DNA of 64,000 nucleotides. Origin: Malacoraja senta. Taxonomy: Eukaryota. Under the pieces are notes generated by a model, which was not told the DNA's origin, searched no databases, and worked only from the letters and a program-made list of their open reading frames with translations. The DNA is taken from the NCBI GenBank assembly GCA_038087875.1, contig JAXLNO010000153.1, forward strand, positions 1-64,000. The letters run 5' to 3'. Within the stretch, counting starts at the first letter, position 1, and each line of letters starts with the position of its first letter. Below are positions 12,151 through 22,976 of the stretch, piece after piece. The translations under genes and the position numbers were made by a program.

Positions 12151-12249
12151 ATATATTTTTACATATATATCTTAATTTCATTGAACCATATAAGATTGAA
12201 TATGTGGCATTATTTCCGTCTTTCTATATTCAAAGGGTAAGGTTGAAAC

Positions 12250-12380
12250 CGTCTGAAGAAGGGTTTTGGCCTGAAATGTTGCCTATTTCCTTCGCTCCAT
12301 AGATGCTGCCGCACCTGCTGAGTTTCTCCAGCAATTTTGTCTACCTTCGATTCTCCAGCATCTGTAGTTCCTTCTTGAAC
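12250..12380 (+). mobile_element. Penelope-derived hammerhead mini-element
   Basis: CTGAAGAAGGGTTTTGGCCTGAAATGTTGCC followed by the Penelope 3' terminal repeat. Confidence 0.75.
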
Positions 12381-12999
12381 AAGGTTGATTTATTTGTGCA
12401 GAACAGTGATGGAAGTCCGACTTTTGCTTTGTTTCTCTGAGTTTTTCTTTATATATGTACATAACAGCATGAATATAATCTGATTTCCATATATGAATAC
12501 AGTCATTCATGTGCTGCACCTGTTGATCAGAGCCTGGCTCTATTGTGGAATGTAATTATGAATGTAATTTAGCCTAACCTTATTCATACCTAATCCAATT
12601 TAAAGCATAAATGTTGCATTCAAATGCAAGTTAAAAGACTCGCTACAGTATGCACCAGATTGCACAATTTCAAGCTAAAAAATGCAAAAGCTCCCTACCG
12701 TGGGAGGGGGAACACCACTAATGTTTGCTAAAAGAGTCAAATAAGTTGAATGTTGCACGGCTGAAATCGAATGGCTACGTAATTTCCGAAAAATTTCACT
12801 CCGATATAGCCTTCCATATCTGCCGGCTGTAGCTTGCTGCTGTGTCACTCCAGGTTCCCTCTGGGGAGAAGGCATGAAAATGGGGCTAGAAGGGAGCCAT
12901 GAATGAATGGCGGAGTAGACCTGATGGGCCGAATGGCCTAATCCTGCTCCAATCACGTGACGTGGAGTCTGGCTACGGAAGCGGTTGATCGTGGCCTAC

Positions 13000-13806
13000 C
13001 GTATATGTTTCAATAAGATGCCCTCTCATCCTTCTAAATTCCAGAGTATACAAGCCCAGCCGCTCCATTCTCTCAGCATATGACAGTCCCACCATCCCGG
13101 GAATTAACCTTGTCAACCTACGCTGCACTTGCTCAATAGCAAGAATGTCCTTCCTCAAATTTGGAGACCAAAACTGCACACAATACTCCAGGTGTGGTCT
13201 CACTAGGGCCCTGTACAACTGCAGAAGGCCCTCTTTGCTCCTATAACTCAACTCCTCTTGTTCTGAAGGCCAACATGCCATTTGCTTTCTTCACAGCCTG
13301 CTGTACCTGCATGCTTACTTTCAGTGACTGATGAACAAGGACCCCCCAGATCCCGTTGTATTTCCCCTTTTCCCAACTTGACACCATTTAGATAATAATC
13401 TTCCTTCCTGTTTTTGCCAGCAAAGTGGATATCCTCGCATATATCCACATTAAACTACATCTGCCATGCATCTGCCCACTCACACAACCTGTTCAAGTCA
13501 CCCTGCATTCTGATAGCATTCTCCTCACAGTTCACACTGCCACCCAGCTTTGTGTCATCTACAAATTTGCTAATGTTATTTGTAATCCCTTCATCTAAAT
13601 CATTGCTGTATATTGTAAATAGCTGTGGTCCCAGCACCGAGCCTTGCGGTACTCCACTAGTCACTGCCTGCCATTCTAAAAGGGACCCGTTAATCCTTAC
13701 TCTTTGTTTCCTGTCTGCCAACCAATTTTCTATCCATGTCAGCACTCTACCCCCAATACAATGTGCCCTCACTTTGCCCACTAATCTCCTATGTGGGACG
13801 TTATCA
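13000..13806 (-). mobile_element. CR1 RT fragment
   Basis: ORFs 13455..13886, 13248..13448 and 12973..13281 ([22 protein letters not shown]). Confidence 0.92.
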
Positions 13807-14119
13807 CTTGGTCTTCCCCTTCCCCGTTGAACCAGGTGACCCCAGCTTCTCCGCACCCACACCATCTGTCTGGAGAAGGGTCTCAACCCGAATCGTCACC
13901 TATTTTCTCCATAAATGCTGCCTCACCCACTGACTAACTCTAGCATGGGGGGGGGGGGGGGGCTGGTCCTTTGTCATGTCGGGCCGGGGAGGCGGGACCT
14001 GCTCCCATTGGCCGCTGTCGCTGCCCGTCAGAAGGGGGAAGGGAAGAGGGCGGGACCAGGTCCTTTGTGACGTCGGGCCGGGGGGAGCGATGTGAGTGAG
14101 TGAGGAAGGGAAAGGGAGG

Positions 14120-14350
14120 TCAGGGCGCCATCTGGTCCTCCCACTGCACCGTCTCTGGTCCTCCGACTGCAGCACCCCGTATCGGTTGAAGGCCGCGGTG
14201 CAGCGCCTCTGGTTATCCGATGACAGCGCCACCTGGCGGCGGGAGACTGCGGCGCACCGGCTTTGTTCCTCTGTCTCCACCGCCCCCTGGCGCCTGGAGG
14301 CCACGGTGCAGCGTCTCTGGTCAGCCGGTTGCAGCGCCCCCTGGCGAACA
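14120..14350. promoter_or_regulatory. Tandem array of co-oriented CTCF-like motifs (54-bp period) in a CpG-rich patch
   Basis: CAGCGCCACCTGGCGG (14224), CACCGCCCCCTGGCGC (14278), CAGCGCCCCCTGGCGA (14332), a degenerate unit at 14170, and GCGCCATCTGGTC at 14125. Confidence 0.7.
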
Positions 14351-14979
14351 GAGGGTTGAGTTTAGTTTATTGTCACATGTACCAACGTGCAGTGAACAGC
14401 TTTTTTGTTGCTTGCTAACCAGTCAGCGGATAGACAACACATGATTACAATCGATCCGTCCGCAGTGTACGGATACGGGATAAAGGGAATAACGTTGAGT
14501 GCAAGACTTGTGTGACCAGCGCGGAGACAAGGTTTCTCCCTGTATAAGGTCATAAGTGATAGGAGCAGAATTAGGCCGTTCGGCCCATCAAGTCTACTCT
14601 GCTATTCAATCATGGCTGATCGACCTCTCCTTCCTAACCCCATTCTCCTGCCTTCTCCCCATAACCCCTGATACCCGTATCTTAGTACACGGAATGGTAA
14701 TAAGCCAATATTAGGGGAAGGGGAGGTGCAACAAGACCTGTGTGTCCTTGTACATCAGTCACTGAAAGTAAGCATGCAGGTACAGCAGGCAGTGAAGAAA
14801 GCTAACGGCATGTTTAAGAAAGAACTGCTGGTAAAATAGGTAGACACAAAATACTGAAGTAACTCAGCGGGTGAGGGACACAAAATGCTGGAGTAACTCA
14901 GTAGGTGAAGAAGGGTCTCGACCCGAAACATCGCCAATTCCTTCTCTCCATAGATGCTACTCACCCCCTCCTTGTTGCC

Positions 14980-16578
14980 CAACATCGGTCTGCCCACTTC
15001 TCCACCACCAACATTAGAAATTGAGGAGTTGAAAGGCTATTCAGAAGACAGAAAAGCCAGAAATCTCTAGGACTGGACAAAGTTTCACCCTCTACCCTCA
15101 AGCTCTGTGCCGAACAACTGGCACCAGTCTACACAAACATTTTCAACCAGTCCCGGCAAATCTGCACTGTCCCTACCTGCTTCTAAGTCTCCACTATTGT
15201 CCCTGTACCCAAAAAGATAAGGATTACTGGTCTTAATGACTACAGGCCTGTCGCACTGACCTCTGTAGTCATGAAGACACTTGAAAGGCTTGTTCTGGCC
15301 CAGCTGAAAATTATCACGAACCCCCTGCTGAACCCTCTGCAGTTTGCATTCCAGGCCAATAGATTAGTGGATGATGCAGTCAACCTAGGCCTGCACTTCA
15401 TCCTCCAGCACCTAGTCCGCCAGGGGACCCATGCAAGGATTTTGTTTGTGGATTTTAGCTCTGCATTCAACACCATTGTGCCAGAGCTTCCACACTCCAA
15501 ACTCTCCAAGTTGACTGTGCGTGAACCCCTCTCTCAGAGGATCATCAACTTCCTGACAGATGTGAAGCAGCATGTGAGGTTGGAAAAGCACATCTCGCAC
15601 CCGCAGGCCCTCAGCATAGGAACACCACAAGGCTGCGTACTCTCTCCTCTCCTCTACTCTCTCTACACCAACGACTGCACCTCCACAGACTCCTCTGTCA
15701 AGCTTCTCAAGTTTGCGGACGACACAACCCTGATTGGACTGATCCAGGATGGGGAGGTATCTGCCGACAGACAGGAAGTGACACAGCTGGCGTCCTGGTG
15801 GCATCGCAACAACCTGGAGCTCAATGCTCTTAAGACAGTGGAATTGATTGTAGACTTTAGGAGAGCTCCCCATTCACCATCAACACCACAGTCACATTCA
15901 TGGAGTCTTTTATGTTTCTGGGAACCATCATCTCGAAGGACTTTAAATGGGAGACTAGAATCGACTCCACAATCAAAAAGGCACAACAGCGGATGTACTT
16001 TTTGCGGCAGCTGAGGAAGCACAATCTGCCACAGGTAATGATGGTCCAATTCTATACGGCCATTGTAGAGTCTGTCCTCACTTTATCCATCATGGTCTGG
16101 TTTGGCTCAGCCACCAAGCACGACACCTGGAGGCTGCAGCGAATCGTCCGATCAGCAGAGAAGGTTATTGGCTGCAACCTTCCCTCCTTTGATGAGCTGT
16201 ACACTGGAATGGCCAGGAAGCAAGCGGGTAAGATCATCTCTGACCCCTCTCAAACCTGGTTACAAACTCTTTGAATCACTTCCCTCTGGAAAGTGACTCC
16301 GGACTTTCAAAGCTGCCACAGCCAGATATAAAAACAGCTTTTTTCTACAAGTAGTAGCTCTACGCAATAACCACAAATCTGTAGCCTCCTTTTGCTCTGG
16401 TATTTTATTTAATTCACATCTTCAATCGATCATGTTTGATTATTAATGTTTAATGTTTTATGTGTCACTCCTAACTGTCACTATGTCATGTTGTCACTTG
16501 CGAGCGGAGCACCAAGGCAAATTCCTTGTATGTGAATATATTTGGCTAATAAACTTATTCACTCATTCATTCATTCAT
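14980..16578 (+). mobile_element. Rex1/Babar-clade LINE, 5'-truncated RT with (ATTC)n tail
   Basis: LNDYRPVALTSVVMK, LQFA, FVDFSSAFNTI, PQGCVLSPLLYSLYT, KFADDTT, KAQQRMYFLR. Confidence 0.9.
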
Positions 16579-16579
16579 T

Positions 16580-16878
16580 GTTTGGTCCACTGAGTCCGCA
16601 CCGACCAGCGATCCCCGCAAATGAACATGACTGCATTATGCTAGGGACAATTTACAGTTATACCAAGTATACAAACCCAAGCCAATTAACCTACAAACCT
16701 GTACATCTTTGGAGTGTGGGAGGAAACCAAAGTTCCAGGAGAAAACCCACATGGTCACGGGGAGAACGTAAAACTCCATACATTTTCTGTAGTCGGGATC
16801 TAACCCGGGTCTCCAGCGCTGTAAGTACTGTAAGGCAGCACCTCCACCGTTGCACCACCGTGCTGCCCATTGCCGCCC
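16580..16878 (-). mobile_element. V-SINE
   Basis: Reverse-complement homolog of 17408-17690. Confidence 0.75.
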
Positions 16879-17407
16879 AAACTAAACTAAACTAAACTAA
16901 ACTAATCTAAACTAAACTAAATTAAACTAAACTGAAATAATCATGTTTCAGAACTTTCCTCATCTATGACTCATCTTCAGTTATTCCAATAAAGCAATAT
17001 GTTCAGATTTATCTTTGAATCGATGATTGCATCTGATCTAAATCCTTTAGAGGGCAGCATTTCCCTTTCAAACATTGTCCAAACAGTTAAAAATGAAGTC
17101 AATGTATTTATCCCCCGAGTCTTTCATAAGTTATTTTGCTTCCTTTTGTGTTTAATGTGCTGCAAACCATTCACTCGTGATGAGGGCAGCACTGACCTTC
17201 ACTTAGACCTCTGAAGTTGCAGTGCAGAATGCCAGCAAACAAACTGGATGCAGTAGCAAGTTTCTGCTCCATCGATTTTCCTGCTGTCTTTTTGATTCTG
17301 CCCCAGTGAAGATCCTTTTGCTGGCAAAAATGTTGGTCCTAAATTGGCTGAATAATTGCTGTTAAAATGCAAAACAATTATGCACGTAGCATGAATGCAA
17401 CATAACA

Positions 17408-17690
17408 GGGCGACATGGTGGCGCAGCGGTAGAGACCTGGGTTCGATCCTGACTACAGGTGTTTGTCTGTACGGAGTTTGTACATTCTCCACGTGACCGG
17501 CAAGGGTTTTCTCCGAGATCTTCAGTTTCCTCCCACACTCCAAAGACGTACAGGTTAATTGGCTTGGTTATGAATGTAAAATTGTCCCTAGTGTGTGTAG
17601 GGATGTGTTAATGTGCTGGGATCGCTGGTCGTTGTGGACTCGGTGGGCCGAAGGGCCTGTTTCCGCGCTGTATCTCTAAACTCAACTAAA
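17408..17690 (+). mobile_element. V-SINE (HE1/HER1-like), near full length
   Basis: A box TGGCGCAGCGG, B box GGTTCGATCC, V-domain, CR1 tail GGGCCGAAGGGCCTGTTTCC, CTAAA repeats. Confidence 0.85.
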
Positions 17691-17699
17691 ACAATAGGA

Positions 17700-18720
17700 T
17701 GCCTGTTAACGTGCACCAACATACCTCATCATTATACATCATATACGTCAAAATGGCCAACGTCATCATTGCTCATAGATGACAGCTCAGTGTTCAACAC
17801 AATCATCTCCTTCAAATTAGTTACCAATCTCAGAGAACTGTGTCTCTGCGCGTTCCTCTGCAACTGGATCCTCGACTTCATCAACAGACCACAATCGGCA
17901 CGAATTGGCATCAACACTTCCTCCTCGATAACCATCAACACAGGACCACTGCCTGAGGAAGGGTCACGACCCAAAACGTCACCCATTCCTTCTCTCCAGA
18001 GATGCTGACTGTCCCGCTGAGTTACTCCAGTATTTTGTGTCTAACACAGGACCACCTTAAGGTTGCGTGCTCAGCCCTCTGGTCTACATATTCTATACCT
18101 ATAGCTGTGTAGCTGGACACAGTTCCAACTCCATCTTCAAATTTGTCGACGACACCACCGTGGTTGGACGAATCATGGATGATGACAAGTCAAAGTATAA
18201 GAAGCCAATCGATCGACTGACCGAATGGTGCCAGAAAAAAACCTTGCTCAACGTCAGTAAAACCAAGGAACTGATTGATGACCTTGGAAGAGAAGGCTAG
18301 GAATCCACAAACCTGTCCTCATCAAAGGAATGGTGGTGAAAAGAGTTTAAAAAACACATTCTGAAGATCTTTCCTGGACTCAGCAAATTGATGCTATCAT
18401 AAAGTAAGCCCATCAATGCATCTACTTCATTAGAAGATGGAGGAGATCCAGCATGTTGACAAATACTCTCTTGAACCTACAGGTAGAGAACATATTGATC
18501 GTTTGCATCACAGTCGGGTTCGGCAACGTGGACACTATGAACGAGGAAGATAGCCTTTGCACTATTATTGGTTGTTTGTGTTTTAATATACTGAACTTCA
18601 TTTTGTTGTTTATTATGGTATTTACAAAGTACTGTGTTTACATATTCTGTTGTAATGCTGCGAGTAAAAGTGTTGTTCCATTTGGGACATATGACAATAA
18701 AACACTTTTGACTCTTGACT
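17700..18720 (+). mobile_element. Decayed Rex1-like LINE fragment
   Basis: DDSSVFNTII, LCNWILDF, KFVDDTTVVG, NVSKTKELI motifs across broken ORFs. Confidence 0.75.
17950..18042 (+). mobile_element. 93-bp hammerhead-containing mini-insertion with 13-bp TSD
   Basis: AACACAGGACCAC at 17937-17949 and 18043-18055. Insert begins TGCCTGAGGAAGGGTCACGACCCAAAACGTCACC. Confidence 0.85.
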
Positions 18721-19283
18721 ATTTTACTGAGAGTCTACCATGGTTACTATGTGTATGGTACCTTCCATCAACTTAGTACTTTGTAAGTGTAGAAATATTA
18801 GTGCGTTGAAACGATGTGTGGTATGATTTTTATATAAATGGATACTCTCTAAATAGACAATAGCCAATAGGTGCAGGAGTAGGCCATTCGGCCCTTCGAG
18901 CCAGCACCGCCATTCAATGTGATCATGGCTGATCATCCCCAATCAGAACCACGTTCCTGCTTTCTCCCCATATCTCCTGACTCCACCATTTTTAAGAGCC
19001 CTATCTAGCTCTATCTTGAAAGCATCCAGAGAAATCCACTATGTCCTCTGTTTTTACAATACTTTTGTTGGTGTACTCTTCTAGCCTAAAATAAAAGTGT
19101 TTCATCATCTATATCTCTCGTTTCCCTTTTGCCTAACTCGTCTGAAGAAGGGTCTCGGCCTGAAATGTCACCCATTCCTTATCTCCAGAGATGCTGCCTG
19201 TCCCACTGCGTTACTTCAGATTTTTGTGTCTATCTTTGTGTTTAGCTGAACAAGGAAATTTGAAATATCAATTTTAGACATTA

Positions 19284-20085
19284 CTAGACTAATTGGGACC
19301 CGTTGGATCCCAGCATCACACAGGAGGGTTGGTCACCCAATGCAATATTCCACCTCTTCACCAATTCCAATATTGCTGGCCAGTGGGGGGGGGGGGGGAT
19401 TTCTGTTGCGCTAGTATGGGTGCTGTGGTCCGAAGGGTCTGGTTTCCAGAGGGCTAGTATGGACATTGTGGGTCAAATGGATTCTTGGGCTGGCAGCTCA
19501 GTCACTGAGGCCTGGCAATACAGTCACTCAGACCTGGCAGGCTGCCAGCTGAGAAACTGCCAGAAATTGTGCCCAAAACAGGTGACAGACTCTGTGAGAG
19601 AGAAGGGGGAGAGGGTGGACTGAATGGATTATTGTGCTGGCAGTTCAGTGAGTCATGGCTGGTTGGCTGGCAGTTCACTTACCCAGGGCTGGTGGGCTGG
19701 CAGGCTGGCAGTGCATTCACTCACGGCTGGTGGGCTGGCAGTTCAGTCACTTACAGCTGGTGGGCTGGCAGTTCACTCACTCACGGCTGGTGGGCTGGCA
19801 GTGCAGTCACTCACGGCTGCTGGGCTGGCAGTTCAGTCAGAGGGAGCATCCTATAGCCAGGCGGAGGGCAGCGTCTTGAGGTGGGGGATGCCAGTGGGGG
19901 GGGGGGGGCGGTGAGCGACCTACTCATGGCCTCTGGACACACTCACTGCCTTGGGACTAACTCATGCTCTCTGGACGGACTGACTCACTTACTCATGGCC
20001 TCTGGACTGACAGACAGAATCACGGCTTGTGGACTGACTGACTTATGCCCGACTTCTGGAGTCACGTCCGACTTTTGTAAACTGA
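19284..20085 (-). mobile_element. Non-autonomous Helitron 3' portion with internal 30-bp tandem repeat
   Basis: Minus-strand CTAG-T end (19284-19287) with TGGGACC-CGTT-GGATCCCA hairpin; homologous to 62140-62232; units gtgggctggcagttcagtcactcacggctg at ~19635-19840. Confidence 0.65.
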
Positions 20086-20204
20086 AAACTGTAACATCCA
20101 CATTGAGGAACAGCTTCTTGCTGACAGCCATCAGGCTATTAAACATAACAAATAAGCACTGAACTACAAAAGACTATATTATTTGTACTATTTGTTATTT
20201 GTTG

Positions 20205-20481
20205 ATCACACACACACACACCCTCCACCTCACACAGAAACTCACACACACACTCACACACACTCTCAGACACACACTCACACAGACAGACTCACAGATG
20301 CACACACAGACTCACACACACACATATATACACACACAAACACACACTTACACAGACTTTCAGACACACACACTCACACACACATATACACACACTCACA
20401 CACACATACACACACACACACACACACACAGACATATACACACACATACACACACAGAGACACACAGACTCTCACACACAT
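20205..20481. repeat. Degenerate (CA)n microsatellite
   Basis: Directly visible. Confidence 0.95.
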
Positions 20482-20483
20482 AT

Positions 20484-20944
20484 AGGGAGGTTGCACGGCA
20501 GTCGGGTCACGTCCCGTGACCCGTACTGTTGCTACGCTACGCCAACTGGAGTACACGCGATGAACTACAGGTCAGCACTTACCATTGTATCCAGCGTAGC
20601 AGGCCCGTTAAAACCTGCCGAAATGGTCCATTTTTGCGCTGTAAATAATTATGGAAATCGGGATAACCGTGAGAGACATTTATCCTACTTCAGAATTCCA
20701 AACGTGAGGGGAAATTACGGTAGATAGAAGTGAGAGCTGAAGGGACAACAACAGCTAAAGTGCTTGGCGGACATTGGCCGTGCAGATATCGAGATTGAAA
20801 TATTGGGAATTATCGCATTTGCTCACTGCATTTCATCAACAGTAAGGCATTATTTGTGTTTTTTTCTTGATTCCTTTGGTATCTAAAAAGTTTCAGAAGT
20901 GATAAATCTGGCTGTAAAATTTAAAAATCGCCCATGGTTCTCTA
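20484..20944 (+). mobile_element. THAP-bearing ISL2EU-like element, copy 3 (one end), with a decayed complete THAP domain
   Basis: AT|AGGGAGGTTGCACGGC terminus. From ATG 20623: MVHFCAVNNYGNRDNRERHLSYFRIP...LKCLADIGRADI...(frameshift) YRICSLHFIN. Confidence 0.8.
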
Positions 20945-20964
20945 GTCAGGGCAGGGCTGGCCGT

Positions 20965-21331
20965 TAGATTGGCGATTGGAATTGGAAGGATTGGCGGTTG
21001 GAATTGGAAGGGTTGGCGGTTGGAATTGGAAGGGTTGGCGGTTGGAATTGGAAGGGTTGGCGGTTGGAATTGGAAGGGTTGGCGGTTGGAATTGGAAGGG
21101 TTGGCGGTTGGCATTGGAAGGGTTGGCGGTTGGAATTGGAAGGATTGGCGGTTGGAATTGGAAGGATTGGCGGTTGGAATTGGAAGGGTTGGCGGTTGGA
21201 ATTGGACGGGTTGGCAGTTGGAATTGGAAGGATGGCGGTTGAAATTGGAAGGGTTGGCGGTTGGAATTGGAAGGGTTGGCGGTTGGAATTGGAAGGGTTG
21301 GCGGTTGTAATTGGAAGGGTTGGCGGTTGGA
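20965..21331. repeat. 22-bp minisatellite (TTGGCGGTTGGAATTGGAAGGG), about 16-17 copies
   Basis: Near-identical head-to-tail units with no spacers. Confidence 0.95.
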
Positions 21332-21566
21332 GTTTAACTGGGGTGTGTTGACGAGCGACGGCACAGTAGTAGTTAAATATTAACTTGATGCGGCCTGAGC
21401 GATGGGGCTGTATCAGTGAATTATTAAACCGAGTGTTCACACAACGCGTGGACCTCCACACCATGACTATTGGACAAAATAACAGGAGATGATGGCCTCT
21501 CCTGCATTTTACTTATTGGCCACTGATTGTATGTCTTTCACTCATTTGTTCTATAGCTCTCTACAT

Positions 21567-21633
21567 CAGGGGTGTCAAACTACTGGCCCACGGACCGCAC
21601 CCGGCCCGCGATGGGCTCCAATCCGGCCGCGGG
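21567..21633 (+). mobile_element. hAT-Charlie-like left end
   Basis: CAGGGGTGTCAAACTACTGGCCCACGGACCGCACCCGGCCC. Confidence 0.6.
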
Positions 21634-21794
21634 TTGGTTTGGGGAAGAAAAGCGTATTCGTGATCATTTGTTATATATCTGTACACTCTACACCGAAGAT
21701 ATTCGCAAAAATGCTGGAGTAGCTCAGCGGGACAGGGGGCAAATGCGCCAGAGGTGAGAATGAATATTTGACAATTAATTAAACCTTTCACTTG

Positions 21795-22150
21795 ATTCGG
21801 GCGGCGGCGCCTCGAGCAGCTAACACTGCGCCTGCGCGCGGCCGACGGTGGGCGGGCGGGGAACACTGCGCCTGCGCGCGGCGGTGGGCGGGCGGAGACC
21901 ACTGCGCCTGCGCGCGGCAGGAGGGGATGGAGCGCGAGGACGCCGCTGCCGCTGTTTGAAACGCGCTGACAGTTGGGCGAGGCCCCCCCCCCCCCCCCCC
22001 GGCGCCGCCATGGACGCTCCTGGCTCCCGGCTCATCATCGCCATCGACGGCTGCCTCCTCACTCATGGCGCAGCTGATGATGTCGGCCCCTCCAGTCCTC
22101 AGCTGGCAGGTGAGGCGTCGCCTGGATTTGGCGAACACCCAACGCGCCGC
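21795..22150 (+). promoter_or_regulatory. CpG-island promoter with three NRF1-like sites and GC boxes
   Basis: CpG-dense; ACTGCGCCTGCGC at 21825, 21865 and 21901; GGGCGG boxes; Kozak GCCGCCATGG at 22010. Confidence 0.8.
22010..22109 (+). CDS. Candidate first coding exon of an unidentified host gene
   Basis: Perfect Kozak ATG at 22010 (MDAPGSRLIIAIDG...PQLA), alternative ATG at 22065, strong donor CAG|GTGAGG at 22110. Confidence 0.55.
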
Positions 22151-22752
22151 CCCCCAGACCCCCCAGACCTACACACCCTTCCCCAGACCAGACACACCGT
22201 TCCCCAGACCAGACACCCCTTCCCCAGACCCCCCAGACCTACACACCCTTCCCCAGACCAGACACACCGTTCCCCAGACCAGACACACCCCTTCCCCAGA
22301 CCAGACACACCCCTTCCCCAGACCAGAAACCCCCTTCCCCAGACCAGACACACCGTTCCCCAGACCAGACACCCCTTCCCCAGACCAGACACCCCTTCCC
22401 CAGACCAGACACCCCTTCCCCAGACCAGACACCCCTTCCCCAGACCAGACACCCCTTCCCCAGACCCCCCAGACCTACACACCCTTCCCCAGACCAGACA
22501 CACCGTTCCCCAGACCAGACACACCGTTCCCCAGACCAGACACACCCCTTCCCCAGACCAGACACCCTTCCCCAGACCAGACACGCCCCTTCCCCAGACC
22601 AGACACACCGTTCCCCAGACCAGACACACCCCTTCCCCAGACCAGACACCCCTTCCCCAGACCAGACACACCACTTCCCCAGACCAGACACACCCCTTCC
22701 CCAGACCAGACACACCCCTTCCCCCCCAATCCTGGACACCCCTTCCCCAGAC
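22148..22752. repeat. 19-22-bp minisatellite (CCCCAGACCAGACACACCCCTT variants)
   Basis: Directly visible tandem units just after the candidate exon 1 donor. Confidence 0.95.
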
Positions 22753-22976
22753 GGAGGTAGACAAAAGTGCTGGAGAAACTCAGCGGGTGCAGCAGCATCT
22801 ATGGAGTGAAGGAAATAGGCAACGTTTCGGGCCGAAACCCTTCTTCAGTCTGATGTAGGGTTTCGGCCGGAAACGTTGCCTTATTTCCTTCGCTCCATAG
22901 ATGCTACCGCACCCGCTGAGTTTCTCCAGCACTTTTGTCTACCTCCGATTTTCCAGCATCTGCAGTTCCTTCTTAA
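22753..22976. mobile_element. Palindromic Penelope-derived mini-element with back-to-back hammerhead motifs
   Basis: ~95-bp inverted arms (22753-22946); intact core on minus strand 22821-22848; flanked by ACACCCCTTCCCCAGAC (22736-22752, 22977-22993). Confidence 0.8.

Noticed and set aside
17408..17480. tRNA genes (also ~11944, ~16800-16878 and ~34420-34493)
   Set aside because: These are SINE heads: A/B boxes without a full cloverleaf, continuing into SINE bodies.
20965..21331. CRISPR-like regular repeat
   Set aside because: Head-to-tail units with no unique spacers, no cas genes, eukaryotic context. The same applies to the arrays at 22.1-22.7 kb and 58.7-61.1 kb.
21848..22858. 336-aa and 231-aa Pro/Thr-rich ORFs
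   Set aside because: Read-through past the splice donor at 22110 into a minisatellite.
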